From: Tubiluchus corallicola
Taxonomy: Eukaryota; Animalia; Priapulida
Assembly: GCA_030141605.1 (NCBI GenBank)
Contig: JAQGDQ010000064.1
Location: 171,618-235,617 of the forward strand
Direction of reading: 5' to 3'
DNA length: 64,000 nt
The notes below the pieces were generated by a model, which ran no database searches, had not been told where the DNA came from, and was given only the letters and a program-made list of their open reading frames with translations. Made by a program: the position numbers and the translations under genes. Positions 1 to 12,549 of the stretch are shown here, in pieces. Within the stretch, counting starts at the first letter, position 1; each line of letters begins with the position of its first letter.

Positions 1-653
1 TTTAATTATGCAAAATGCATATATGTATGTATAAAAGTTGTGGATTGTCTTATATCAAGAGATGATAATAGCAAGCGTGTTGTCTTCAATCGAATTCCAC
101 ATTGCACACACAAAAATGCGCTGCTTGCAGAAACATATGTGATGTAATAAAGCTGTAGTGTAGGCTATTCTCAAAAACAGCACCCAGAATTATAGGATAT
201 GAACATATGAGAGGACATAGAAATACACAGAAATACACATAGGAACACATATGGTTACTGCCCTAACATCGGTCCAATAAAATTGGTTAAAGGACAAGAA
301 AATACTCTTCATGAATAAAGGTAAAAATTCGTCTTGAAATTTTATATCATTTATATGCTGTCTTACTGCATGCAGGGCTAGTGTTAGCAGTAATGCTAAA
401 TAAAATTTGTAAATTTTAACGTATGCGATTACAGTTAGGCGTAGGCATTTTAACAGTAAGTCGTCTGAAACAAGTTCAGATAACATTGCGTAAAGTTTGA
501 AAAAATAATCAGAGCATTCGTAGCACACTCTTCACTAACTAAGCAAAAGTTTAAATTACATATGTTGTCAATAAGATCAATAAAGTATTGTCTTGTGAAT
601 CAGCGGTGTACACAGGGATGGCGACACAGTGCCGTTTTATCAAAGATGCGAGA

Positions 654-1714
654 GATTGATTGATTGATTGATTGATTTAACTCTTTATTTCGAACTAGGT
701 TCGTAGAATACATAACATGCAATAATTACGAGACATACAATAATTATAACCCCTCCTCTCAACACATACAAATTAATACATGAATTAATATATATATATA
801 TATTGTCCAGCCTGAATCGTCACTCATAATTTCTACCTAATACTTTCCTCATTGGTCTCTCATGTCTGAAGTGTAAAATGCGTCACTGTTATTCAATGCC
901 TTTATAAGAACATTTGAGCTTTGCATTACTCTACTGTATAGACTTTATGCAGTTTTCCTATGTATTACATCAAAGTATAAAACGTCGTGGTCTACTGAAA
1001 TAGTCCTAGAACTATAATCACATGGGTAGTTGAAAAGTTTGCGTTTTGAAATATTGTGAGCTGCTTTAAGTTTGCTGAGACTGTAGTTATAAAAATGTCG
1101 CCAGGTGGCCATACCGTAGAAAGAATTACAATAAGAGTTGAACAGATGAGTTTTGACATTAGGTGAACAATGATGAAATTTTCTAAGAATACGGTTCGCT
1201 CTAGACTTCGTTGTCTGATAATATCCATGTCACCTTTATTATCACTGGTGATAATATGGCCAAGATATTTTTCTGTTTCACACGGGATAATTATTTTACC
1301 GGCTACCTCAAGTGAACGGAAATTGAACCCACACATGCTGGGGGGTGTAATTGTTATAAGTTTAGTCTTGTCGACATTTATTACTATGTCATGACTATTT
1401 GTGTATTCAACATACATATCAACTAAAGTTTGTAAAGCAGTGGTAGTGGATGCTAGTAAACATCCATCATCAGCAAACATAAGGTGATTTATATAAGTAG
1501 CACCTATCTGACAGCCTAGACCGGTAGATGTGAGGTCAGAACTCAAGTCTCTGAAATATAAATTAAATAGTATGGGTGACATTTTTGCTTCCTGCTGAAC
1601 TCCATTTGCGACTTTAAATGTGCTAGAACAAAAATTTCCGCACCTCACAAACATAGTTTGTCGAGAGTAATAAAAGGCTAATAATCTTATAATAATGTTA
1701 GGCATATCAGTATC
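654..1714 (-). mobile_element. 5'-truncated non-LTR retrotransposon (RTE-X-like LINE): C-terminal half of RT ORF, 3' UTR and (CAAT)n tail
   Basis: ORF 992..1705 has RT motifs NGVQQ..MSPILFNLY, HLMFADD, INVDKTK and EKYLG. After a frameshift near 1198 it continues ANRILRKFHHCSPNVKTHLFNSYCNSFYGMATW...LKAAHN, typical of this LINE group. On the minus strand it ends with AATAAA (684-689) followed by (ATCA)n at 654-677. Confidence 0.9.
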
Positions 1715-1806
<92 letters not shown>

Positions 1807-1830
1807 AGAGAGAGGAGAGAGAGAGAGAAG
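1715..1830. repeat. (GA)n microsatellite
   Basis: Direct inspection; abuts the 5' truncation point of the LINE. Confidence 0.97.
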
Positions 1831-2634
1831 AAAAACATGCAAATTCTTGCAGCTAAAGAAGCCTGCGTGCGTGACAGATCTATTATACGTAGCTCGCATC
1901 ACTTAAGCTATTTTCAGCTTTTCCTAATTTATGTTGAGCGTGTTGTGTTCCCAGATTGTTGTAGTATAGTCTACGCAAAATTCAATAGCTTGTCTGTGCA
2001 GCCACTTTTAGACGCTTTAGTTATTATTTATGTAGGACAAATGTAGTATTCATTATTTACGTTTGAATGTGCACTTCAACTTTTGGTTTAGCATTATTTG
2101 TGTGTATTTTGCCGCATCTTCTTGTTAGACTGGAATTCGCGTGGTTGTTTTTCTGCAGTTCAAGTTCCTTTCAACATGGTTGTGTGCTACTAAGCTTTTT
2201 GTTTTGATGAGGTTTAACAAACAGCCTTAATATGCAGCACAGAAGGTGGCATACCCGTGCAAGATCATACTAGAAACGAGCTATCGTAGAATGTCAAAAA
2301 ACTTTTTTTCTGTGTGCTTATAGTTTCTATTAGAATGATACCCACATCATAAGTCTAATCGAGATAAGCAGGACACTGCTCAAGAGAACGAAACCAAAGA
2401 ACAGACCTTCTGGCAAGTACATTCCTTTTCTTGTTGCATGCGTCTGTCATTATTTTGTGTAGTTTTTATATTATGTTTACGAATGAAGAGTCCAATTTAA
2501 TTCTACCAGGCCTGTCGCCATGTAGCGCTCCTGCAACAGAATTCAGACGTTTTTTCCAAGTCACTTAGTTTTTGCGCAACACAGAACCAGGTCAGTGTGA
2601 ATGCCTTTTTGTTATTTTTGTTATTGGTAGCACC

Positions 2635-2803
2635 ATTATCGTCATCATTGTTGTCATGGTTGTCCCTGTTGTCATTACTCTGTTCCTCCTCCTGATCAGT
2701 ACCTCTTCCATCAATCATCATCGTCTTCATCATCACCATCACTATCATCATCATCATCATCATCATCGTCATCGTCATTGTCGTCGTAATCGTCGTCGTC
2801 GTT
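2635..2803. repeat. Degenerate (CAT/CGT)n trinucleotide microsatellite
   Basis: catcatcat...cgtcgtcgt; explains the poly-H and poly-M ORFs at 2503-2895. Confidence 0.9.
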
Positions 2804-2904
2804 GTTTGTATGAAACTGAGAACAACATAATGAATTTTAAGCCTAGCATTGGAAACCTAGAGAAAGATTTTATAATAATTAAAAATCAGACCTAGAAAAT
2901 AAAT

Positions 2905-3135
2905 CAGATTCCGTTTCCGGTGTATTGAGAGTTGGAGAAGTTGTTGGTAAACACGAGAAAAAGTACGCTTGTCTTGGTTTGGCTTCCGAATCTTACTGCA
3001 CCAGCAACACAGGAGCTGTAGATAAACTGACAGCTGCATTTCTCGACCAGTATCATGTTGCAGCAACCGGCAGAAATATATAGGCAGCCATTAGAATGAC
3101 TACTCACTGAAAAGACTGTTAATAGTTTTAACAAA
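2905..3135 (+). pseudogene. Probable decayed hAT transposase C-terminal dimerisation domain
   Basis: Stitching frames gives GKHEKKYACLGLA / RIL / TAPAT / GAVDKL / FSTS / ATGRN. This resembles the hAT consensus W..+..+YP.LA.LA..IL.iPATS..vER.FS..G......RNRL, but needs several frameshifts. Confidence 0.5.
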
Positions 3136-3578
3136 TGAGCGACAAATGACTATACAAGAAGTTATATAGTTGACCAATTAGTGTCTCAGTGATGTTTAGA
3201 TGTAAAACTTCTGTTTACACCATAAAATGATTTTGATTTTCTATAATGTACACTCATTGGGCATGCATAGTATGCATAGAAACAATGTGGACGGCTAAAT
3301 CTGTGTGTTCTTGGCAGTATGCAACAGTAATAATTAATTTGCCGTTGAAACGTAATTGCCAATTTTCATTTTCTATTTGATTTTCAAGATTTGTTTATGC
3401 TTCGGCAAATAGAAGGCCAGGTCAATATTTCAGTTTGTGTGTGTTGCATATATATCCCCGTATTCGTGTAGGTGTATAAATTGTACAATATATTTTTGAA
3501 TAAAATATATAATGATAATAATTCATGTTCTAAAAACTTTCGTTCTGAAAAATTCTGAAAACAGTCCCCGGTTGATAC

Positions 3579-3850
3579 TGATGATCAGTCGTTGTGTTGG
3601 TCAGTCGGTCCGTCCGTCCGTCCGGCCGTCTGTCCGTCAGGCAGTTCCATGTAAGGACGGTTATTAATTATTATGTTCATAATCGTAGGCCATCGAGCAG
3701 TTTCTTGGTATGATAATCAGTCATTTGGCCAGTCTGTTCAGTCGGTTGGTTGGTCCGTTGTCCTCCATCCGTCAGTCAATCAGTCCCATGCAAGGAGAAT
3801 TATTAATTATTAGGTTCACAATCGTCTACCATCAATCTGTTTCTCGGCAT
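3579..3850 (+). repeat. Two-copy tandem duplication (~132-140 bp unit) containing (GTCC/GTCA)n
   Basis: Units 3579-3710 and 3711-3850 share tgat(g/a)atcagtc...ccgtcag...cag(t)(t/c)ccatg(t/c)aagga...ttattaattatta(t/g)gttca(t/c)aatcgt...gtttct(t/c)gg(t/c)at. Confidence 0.85.
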
Positions 3851-5600
3851 TTGAAAGCTGGCAGTAATAAAAGAAAAAACTTGATTCCTTAATTAGTGAT
3901 TTATGATTCTGCATGTCTGCAAGTGGTGCGTACGGCTAGATCTACATTAAAATGCTTTAACGAAATTGCTTATTTACAAACCGCGTTAAGAAAAACTGCT
4001 GTTATGCTAATTTGGTCCGATAGAGTTAATTAATGGTTTTATTGCGTGTTTTACGTTCGGTCTTTGAAAGTTTTCGGTGTCTCAGAAAGTACGACATACC
4101 AGAAGAACAAGAAATTGTGCTTAATATGCGTAGGTGCAACTCGTTTGGCTTCTACTTCATTGACTTATTGGTCGCCTTTGGGAAAGCTCAGCGTATACCA
4201 TAAAATTTTCGATTAGATTGTGACAAAGTTTTCGTCATCTACGCCCCGGGAGCTTTCCGTCAGAATTTAATTATCTTAAAGGTTGATTCGAGACTACTGC
4301 CTTCCAGCAGTGTAGGAGTGAGGGCGAGGGAGCTGCTGAGTTTCGCTGGGCATACTTCACTGTTGAAAATGAAATACGCAAAGTCTGGTTAATAAATGGG
4401 TGAGTGACAATCTCGAGAGATCGTTTCTTTCTCGCTGAAGGAGGATGCATCTACGCATCTGCCCTAAAATTGCTCTTTCTTAGATGATTATCATTGATTA
4501 TGACTATTATTTTTCGTTCCCGATACTATAACAAAATTCATAGTCAGGTTCCATCGGTGAATATAAATCATATAAATCATGTTTACATGACAATTACTTT
4601 TAAAATTCAAGTGACTGAAAGTTATTGCTGCTTGCTGCCAGTATGGTTTCGCTGTCCTCAAAGGCTTTGCTTGCATCCAACAGACAACGAAAACCTGGCG
4701 TATCAGCATACAACTTGAATTAGCTCTTTAATCCCATAAATAGTTACCTCAGTTCTACAGCAAATGGCTTACTAAATCTCGTGTAACTGGCTTCGTGAAA
4801 TTGCGCCTGAGGTGAAAATTAAATAAAATGCAAAAAAAATTTATTGGCATATTATAGGTATTGTACGCATTAACATACATGAACAACAGTATAACAATAA
4901 CAACATAAAATACACTTTTCGTATGCTAACACAAAAATATGCATAAAGTGATGATAGTTCATAAAAATAACAGTTAAAAGTTTTAGCTAGTCGGTGCCCG
5001 GAAAGTAGCGTAAACTTGCTGTCGCTTTTAGCAGTTTCTGGACTCGAGAAACTGCTTCAGCCATGGTCTTCTGCTCACTAAAATCTTTTTTGATTTTTCT
5101 GTTGCCATTACTTTTCAATGAAACTGAGTTATCAGATTATGCTCTCAAACAGATGACGCTACAAAAACGGAATCAACTTCCACTCTCAGAACAACAATAT
5201 TTGACGCGAGGGATCGATGTTAAAAATCGATTCGAGACGTGATTCTGTTGAGATTGATGCCTTTAATCTCAGATAAAGATTGCGTAAATAGCTAGGACGG
5301 TTAGCATTGACACAAATGAGAATTCAACTTGTCCACAACTGTTTTACTGAAACTTATTTGGATGGTCTGTCTGAAATGCAATGGAATAATATTGAAAAAG
5401 TAGGGAAAACTAGTTAGATTGACGATAGTTAGTAGTGTTTTATGAATTTTGTCATCTTACTTGTGGCGAAACCTATTAGATTCTTCAGTTTTCATAGTAA
5501 TTTTTCAAGGCTGAGATTGTGAATTTTGAAGACTTAACATTTAGAATAGTTAAAATAAATAGATGGAATGTAACTATATAATAGTTAGAAAATAACAATT

Positions 5601-5800
5601 AGAATAGAATAGAATAGAATAGAATAGAATAGAATAGAATAGAATAGAATAGAATAGAATAGAATAGAACAGAACAGAACAGAACAGAACAGAACAGAAC
5701 AGAACAGAACAGAACAGAACAGAACAGAACAGAACAGAACAGAATAGAATAGAATAGAATAGAATAGAATAGAATAGAATAGAATAGAATAGAATAGAAT
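5601..5800. repeat. Compound pentanucleotide microsatellite (AGAAT)13(AGAAC)15(AGAAT)12
   Basis: Counted directly from the sequence. Confidence 0.98.
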
Positions 5801-5932
5801 AGTTGCTGAAGTAAAAATGGACCCCTGCAGTATGCGGTGGACAGGGAGCAACAAATACCAATTTGATAAAGTTAATTTTTCTATCTCACTATACGTGCGT
5901 TTAGCTAATCTTTGTCAAAGCCTTCTCTCTCC

Positions 5933-5943
5933 GTGTGTGTGTG

Positions 5944-5995
<52 letters not shown>

Positions 5996-5999
5996 TGTG
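5933..5999. repeat. (TG)n(CGTG)n microsatellite
   Basis: Direct inspection. Confidence 0.95.
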
Positions 6000-7369
6000 T
6001 ATGTTTGTGAGTCTGTCTCTCTTTCTTTCTATATATATCCATCTATCTTTCTCTCTGGCGCTCTTTCTCCCTGTCACCCCCTATCTTCCCGAGTTTAACT
6101 CAATCATAGCAATCCTCGAGTCTTCGTAACCTTGAATCCCCCTCTACTCCCTGAATCTTTTCTCTATAGCATTCCCTGAGCTTTTATCCAGAACAACCTA
6201 CAGCAATCCTTATTCCTGCTGTCCATAGTGTTTCCAAGCTTCCTTTCTTTAGCACAATGAATTTGTTGCTAGTACTAGCACCCTTGTATTCATTGCTCTG
6301 CGAGTCCCAAAGCTGACCCTGCACGTTTATAGCTCAGTTACAGCACACGCGTTGAGCCTCACTATTCCTGCTAACAACTTTCTAGCGCTGCATAAACTCG
6401 CTATCCATGGTACTTCGTATATTGTAACCTGGACGCGTGGCTAAAATGTGCCCATTTTCATGATTATGGCTCAGTTCTTTCGGAAATGGCCGCTGCATTG
6501 ATAGCCACGAAATTACCATTACGCTAAAACTGTTTGCATGCTTTCCTTGTTTGAGCTCACTCATGTTTTATTAGTTCATTTTCGCCAACCCTGGCTGGTT
6601 TCATATCCAACTTGTTGCAGACACGACCGGCATATATTCAAAACGTACCAGGTGCAATTATCCCTTAATTGTAATCAAACTATGCTAACTAACTAATATG
6701 CACGTTTTGGTTGTCAATCTTTAATTGATTTCCATGATTAGTAACAACCTGATTGTCGTGATTAACTTTATGCAGTTGCTCAATACATATTGAAACCACC
6801 TGACGCATTGTGCATTGGTGAGAAATATGTCTAGTTGCATGCAATAGTAATAGTGCTCCAATTGTTGTTGAATTCAAGGTTAGGAATAGCTGAGTGGACG
6901 CGATATGCGCTCATCGACCAAAGTTAAGCAAAGTCCATCTTGATAGCTACTATCTCCGCCATATTTCAAATTGTCAGCAGACCCAGTTGAATACTCAGCT
7001 GTATTACTTGTGGAAGTTGTTTACCCGTCATATTTTCTTACTCTAATCCTAAAGCACGTATTGTTAAGATACTCCTACAAATCGGATAGTTTGGACCGTC
7101 TCCGTTTGGACCCGTTTAGACCACCAATAGCTTCTCCAGCGTACCTTCCTAACATTTTCTTTTTTGTTATGAAAAAGCTCACTGGTACTCCTTTCTTTTC
7201 TTTCCCCCTAGAATAATTTTTCTTGGAGTTTTTAAAGTTGTGAATGAGAAATCGCGGCTGCTTAGATTGCGCATGGATCGGTAACATACCTTGACGTCCC
7301 TTTCATCATAAATTCTCATGCTTGCTCCCTTGTGTAGGCAGCTTCTGATGCCCATAGAACCCATATTTA

Positions 7370-7650
7370 TAAGTTGTGCAGACGGATGTCTGTTGTGACA
7401 ACCATGTGTAAAAGACGTAACACGGCTGAGTCACATCGTTTTCTCACGACGGTAGAAGTAAAAACCTGCTCAAAGATTAAAAGGCTGAAATATGCAAAAC
7501 CGATCAGTTCAATTTCCAACCAGTGCTTGGGCTCCAGAGATTTCTGCCATATCTCATATACAGTCCATACTCTTAGTAAACCTGCTATCCCTTCTATGCT
7601 AAATGGATGACAGTTAAACTCTCAGCCAATATTTTAGCGACAACATCAAA
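7370..7650 (-). mobile_element. Possible heavily decayed CR1-group LINE ORF2 C-terminus
   Basis: Minus-strand frames give IEGI / RFTK / KSLEPKHWLEIELI / FEQVFT / SFTH, in the order expected from the CR1 consensus IE.VQRRFTK...SLE.RR...DLI...FF...SF..R. Multiple frameshifts are required. Confidence 0.3.
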
Positions 7651-7699
7651 GTTGACGAACATCAACCTCCACTATTTCTACCACAAACCTTTTTCTACC

Positions 7700-8280
7700 T
7701 TTGATCTTTGTGTCACACCCAGTAAATCTGTGTGAGAGAGGCAATAGCCTGCCTGAAGCGTTCAAAATGTCTAATGGTGTACCTCAGGGAAGAGTCTTGT
7801 CGCCCCTTCTTTTCGCAATTTATGTTAATGATTTGTCAAGTAATTGAAAAGTGCCTCGGATGCTACACGTAGAATGGATAGCATATTTACCAATCATTTG
7901 TTACTTGCTGATTATATGTACCTTATAGGACCTTCTGTCAATAGTTTACAGAAGTTATTAGATGTGTGCGAAAATTTTGCCGTTTCTCACAACCCTGTGT
8001 TTAATGAGTCAAAAACCAAATGTCTATACTTTATGCTCGAAATATGCGAATTGTTGTTACTTGAAAGTAACAACATTATCTTCGTGGTAAGCCAATTAAT
8101 GTCAAAGTGAAAAATGTCTAGGTCAGGTATGATCATAGTGGTAATGTAGATATTGATAATTATGTTAAAATTGTTCTATGCAAGAGCTGTTACTCTCCGA
8201 TTGACGTGTAAAGGCTGCTCTGAGTATTTCTTTTAAATTTTACGAATTAGGTACGAGCGCTGCTTACGAAATGTTATACT
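7700..8280 (+). mobile_element. Decayed RTE-X-like LINE RT fragment (related to 654-1714, opposite strand)
   Basis: GNSLPEAFKMSNGVPQGRVLSPLLFAIYVNDLS, then a frameshift to FTNHLLLADYMYLIGPSVNSLQKLLDVCENFAVSHNPVFNESKTKC, then KCLG and LFYARA. Confidence 0.85.
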
Positions 8281-10079
8281 TTCAAGTAAAACTTATATAC
8301 TAATTAATGGTTATATTAATTTGTGGCTAATTACTGGTTTGAGTCAATGTAAACTGGATATTAGATTGTTATGATTTTAGAGTAAGGTCAACACGTATTT
8401 TGCTTAATGTTTTTTCACGTTGCACTGGTAAATGCACAAAAGAAACTTATTACATCAGAAAAACTTCTGCCACTATAGTCATGTGACTCGGTTTAATGTG
8501 ACCTTACTTGGCTGTTGTTACTCAAGGTCGGTTTGTAAAGTTGAATATGTAAACAGAAAATTCGTGGGTTGTTTATTTAATGTAATGACTCAACTTGGGC
8601 TTACGCCAGTTTCTGATAAAATTAACGGTTTCGTATTCCCTCGAAAAAACAATTGAGCTCAACTGTCCTGAGTGCCGTCAACATGCTTTGCTGAACTTCA
8701 TGCGTCTCTCAGACGTGCCGAGAAGTTCAACGCAAAACGTTTAACGCCTGACGAAGCTATTATGAGACGTGATGAATTGCATGACAGATTATTTTAGTTA
8801 TCTACGTGGAAGAAAGCAAGAGCCAAGAGTGGTTGAGAAAAGAGAAAGAGCTGTTTTTCAATCTTTCTGACGCGATTCAATTTAATCAATCAAGTTAAAA
8901 TCATGAACTTATAACCAACGCAATTGCATGTGTGTAATTTTCATTGAACATGTACTTTCCGTCTGCGTGGCTATGGTAACGATCCTTTAGTACATTATAA
9001 AGAATGCAGACATCATTCCTGTAAGATGCTAATGTACGTTTTCAAAATTATATAATCGCTATAAATAGCCTTATAATCTAAGGGATTTTTAATTAGTTAT
9101 ATTTTACTCAGGCATTTGTGTCATACATTTCATGCACAAGCTTAGACGATTCATACATGTCACCATTATGGCCATTACCTGGCGTGAGTATTTACTGAGT
9201 TTTAACAATGCTATTCTAGGCTTGCTACACAAACAAACTTTTCACATAGCAGCTCTTTTGATGACGTGTATAGGTTTATACACACACATACACATACACA
9301 CAGCCCAGCTGTAAAGAACAACGTCGATACACGTTGTCAACAGATCATCTAATAAATGTGGGTTTCGTTTGTCAGGGATTGTTGGTACATGCTTTCCGCT
9401 CAGTTACATCGATTGATGCTGCTGCATAAGCAAAACAAAGCTGTAATGCAATCATATACGATAGACACACAGGTATGCCTTACACATAACACAGCTTAAT
9501 GATTTTACACAGCCTCAAGATAGCAAAATATCATTTTTGTCAAAAATCACAAATGCAGTAGCTCAATCAAAACAATAGCATCGAAAAATTGTCAAATCAC
9601 GTAACATGATTTGTGAAATTGAAACCAAGAGCGATGTCGTAGAAGATTTAATAGTTCGTCTTCTAGACTGTATTTGCTTACTTGCTCGACAATTTCAAGT
9701 ACTATTTTCAAGTGGCTATTTCATTATTTACAATTTGTATGTACACACAAGTTCAGTCTCTTACTACAACGTGTGTTTCTTATTTAAATATGATAAGTAA
9801 TAAATGATTGTAAACTACAATTGACTATAGCTGAATGTACTTTTTAACTAAAATTAACTATTTTAAAATTAAAAATATTATGTACAAAAAATCAACTTTC
9901 AAAAAATAAAGGCTGTTTTAATGCAAAATAGCTCATTCTGGAAAATAGGTTTAGTTCTTTGAGACACATTTAGTTAAGTGTAAAAAGTAAAAGGCGATAT
10001 ATCCGGTAACTTATGGTGCGGTAGCTGCAGGAACTCTATCTGATGTATCCTTTTTATACTTGGACACTTTACTAAATGT

Positions 10080-10301
10080 AAGTAAATGGCTCAGTTAATA
10101 ATAGCACTGGTAGCAATGGTATGGTAATTATGGCACAGGAAAATGACACAAGAAAGAGGCATGAATGGCTTACCATGACCCTAACCATAAGCCTAAATAA
10201 AGCTTGTCATTTTTTTCTATTTTTAAATTTGTGCCTTTTTCCTGTTATCTTTTGTCTTACCCCAAATTACCCCTGTCATTGTTACCTGTGGTGTTTTTAC
10301 C
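10080..10301. mobile_element. Foldback/MITE with arms of short tandem (aaatggcacagg-like) motifs and a CCCTAA-like core, copy 1
   Basis: Left arm repeats aaatggc/atggcacagg/aaatgacac; right arm has the complements tgtcatttt/tgtgcctttttcctg/tgtcattgttacctg; centre accctaaccataagcctaa. Confidence 0.65.
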
Positions 10302-10910
10302 ATTGCAACCTTTAATTCAAATGAGTAAGATTACTCTGGTAAAGTTGTTTACAGAAGAACAGTGCCATTTTGCTTTTGGAATGACTCTGCTCATGATGAA
10401 CCTACAAAGCCAAGTGGGTTCCAACATGAGCTTTTGGCACTGCTGCTGGTTGCCTCGCTCAGATCCCTGCTCAGATGGGTGGACAATCAGCTTATTTCAA
10501 CCAGTTGAACGAGCGTAGTGTGTCGACAGTTGACTACTAATACACCCTGAAAGTCAAAATAACGGTCTACTATAGTGCACCACCGTTATCAAACACGTAA
10601 TCAAACAATCGTAATCAAACACTAAAATTAAAGTGTAAATGCTGATATATATGTTGTAACGACGACGAAAAGCCATTACTTTCACCTCTAACCTCTAACT
10701 TTGTAATGGCTGGATCCACGAAGCTGTTGCTTGGGGGCACTGAATACCAGGTATAAAAGCGCATGCAAGTAATGATACCGTTGTTCAGTAGCAGTGCGGA
10801 CAAGTGTGATTAACCATATCACCACATGATCAGCAACCAGTATGAAAGATGCACGACAATTTTCTGACAAGTTTCTGTTTGATCTTTGCATTTTCTACAG
10901 ATTTACGACA

Positions 10911-11303
10911 ATAACCCTTTTCACGGGATCAACGATTGATGGTGGTCGTGAAAAGGTCAAAGGTTAAGTAGCACCTTAAGTAGATCACGCATTTGTGTAC
11001 GCTTGACAACGCTTCGCAGTCAATGGTATTGTAATAGTAACAGTTTTAACAGCTAGCTAGAACTTTACCTAGTTTATTTTTCTTGTTCCCAAGCAAGGTC
11101 CTGCTAATAAATCACTATATACACAGACTAATGTGTAATTAAGTAAAGTCCACGTAAAACAGCTGAATTTACTGAACTGATACGGCAAACGGCTATGCAT
11201 TATGTCACATGACGGTTGTAATTAACACGCGTCGCTATGGTACACTTAACTTCTGACCTATAGCAACTCTGCGCGCTCACAACGAATCTGTGAAAAGGCT
11301 TAT
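10911..11303. mobile_element. MITE with imperfect terminal inverted repeats, copy 1
   Basis: Left end ataacccttttcacgggat versus reverse complement of right end ataagccttttcacagat; inner IR aggtcaaaggttaagt / acttaacttctgacct; body duplicated at 12948-13340. Confidence 0.75.
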
Positions 11304-12549
11304 TTCTACAAAATTCTACCACCTGGAACAACAACACGTTTCAACAAATGACTTCTTGGCCGCCGTCATAACAATATGCATGCTTGTACAAAAACAATAG
11401 CTATGCGTTTTTAATGACAGTACATTTAGCTGCTATGTCAATAGTTCAACACGTGAACTACTAAAACACATCAGCAGTTCCAGTGTAAAACCTGCGCGAA
11501 GTAACTCGTTATTTAACCCACTCCATCTGAGGCCTTTTTAAATTCTAAATTCTGATAGACATTCAAGTCAGCATAATAAATTTCGATAATCAAACAATTA
11601 AAGTAAATGTGCTTGCTTTATAGTGTAATTTCCACTGCAAAAATTCCGTGAAAAATAAAATCGATTTAACTTTCTCTATTTGCATATCATGGCAAAAATA
11701 TCTGAAAGCAATTTATTAAAGTAGAAATGTCTATCTGTCTATAACGTGCCGACATACGCAAGTTCTACTGATTCGCAAGTTTTATTAGGCTATTCAAAAA
11801 AAAGCTTGGAATTAAAAACGCGATTTTCACACAAATTACATCGAAGTGGCTTCTGTGATGTGTGATCGGTGTAAAATGTTGCACTTGCTAAACATTAATA
11901 TAAAATTATTCATCTGCATCCTCCTTTCGGGAGATCATCGTTTATGACGTTCAAACGTCTCGAATTTTCTGAGAACTTCGCCCGCGGCGTTCCTGCACTA
12001 GCGTCAGACAAGCTGAAGAGGTTTTTGTTTAAACGAGTTCGAAATAGAAATGTAGAATGATGAATTGAATACGAACACCGACTCGAAATGACGTATGGAA
12101 GAGGCAGACATGCTGACGCAACTTGCAAAAAAACTTGTTCATCAGGAAAATCTGGTCAGGATTCGGGTTTCACTGTAAAGAGGTCGTAATGCCCATTCAT
12201 GTGCAACTTCAGTGAAGCTGCTGGTGTGAATGTGTGAAGAAAGAGACAATTTTGTCGAGGAAAAAACGTGGTGGCGCATGTTTCAAAGAAAACTAATCGG
12301 CAAACTTTGTTGACGAAGCAACTTTTTGAATGAAAAATGTAGTTGGACTGTTTGAAAAACACGAGCCAATATGCTAACAATTATGCACGCATATGCACAT
12401 TAGCCTATGCACGCACGTGTAGAAAATTTACTGTTCACGTTTACAGTCAAAGTAGTATCATTTTATCTACATTTTCATTTGTAATTTGAAGCATAAAGTT
12501 TGTAATTTGTAGTTTTAATCGCATGAAAGCATCTGAAAAAATGTTGCAC

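Noticed and set aside
5574-5861. FYSIL/FCSVL repeat protein ORFs
   Set aside because: Translation of the pentanucleotide microsatellite.
6060-6390. Possible CR1 ORF1/esterase relic on the minus strand
   Set aside because: Purine-skewed and coding-like, but no diagnostic motif (GDS, GTND) could be recovered.
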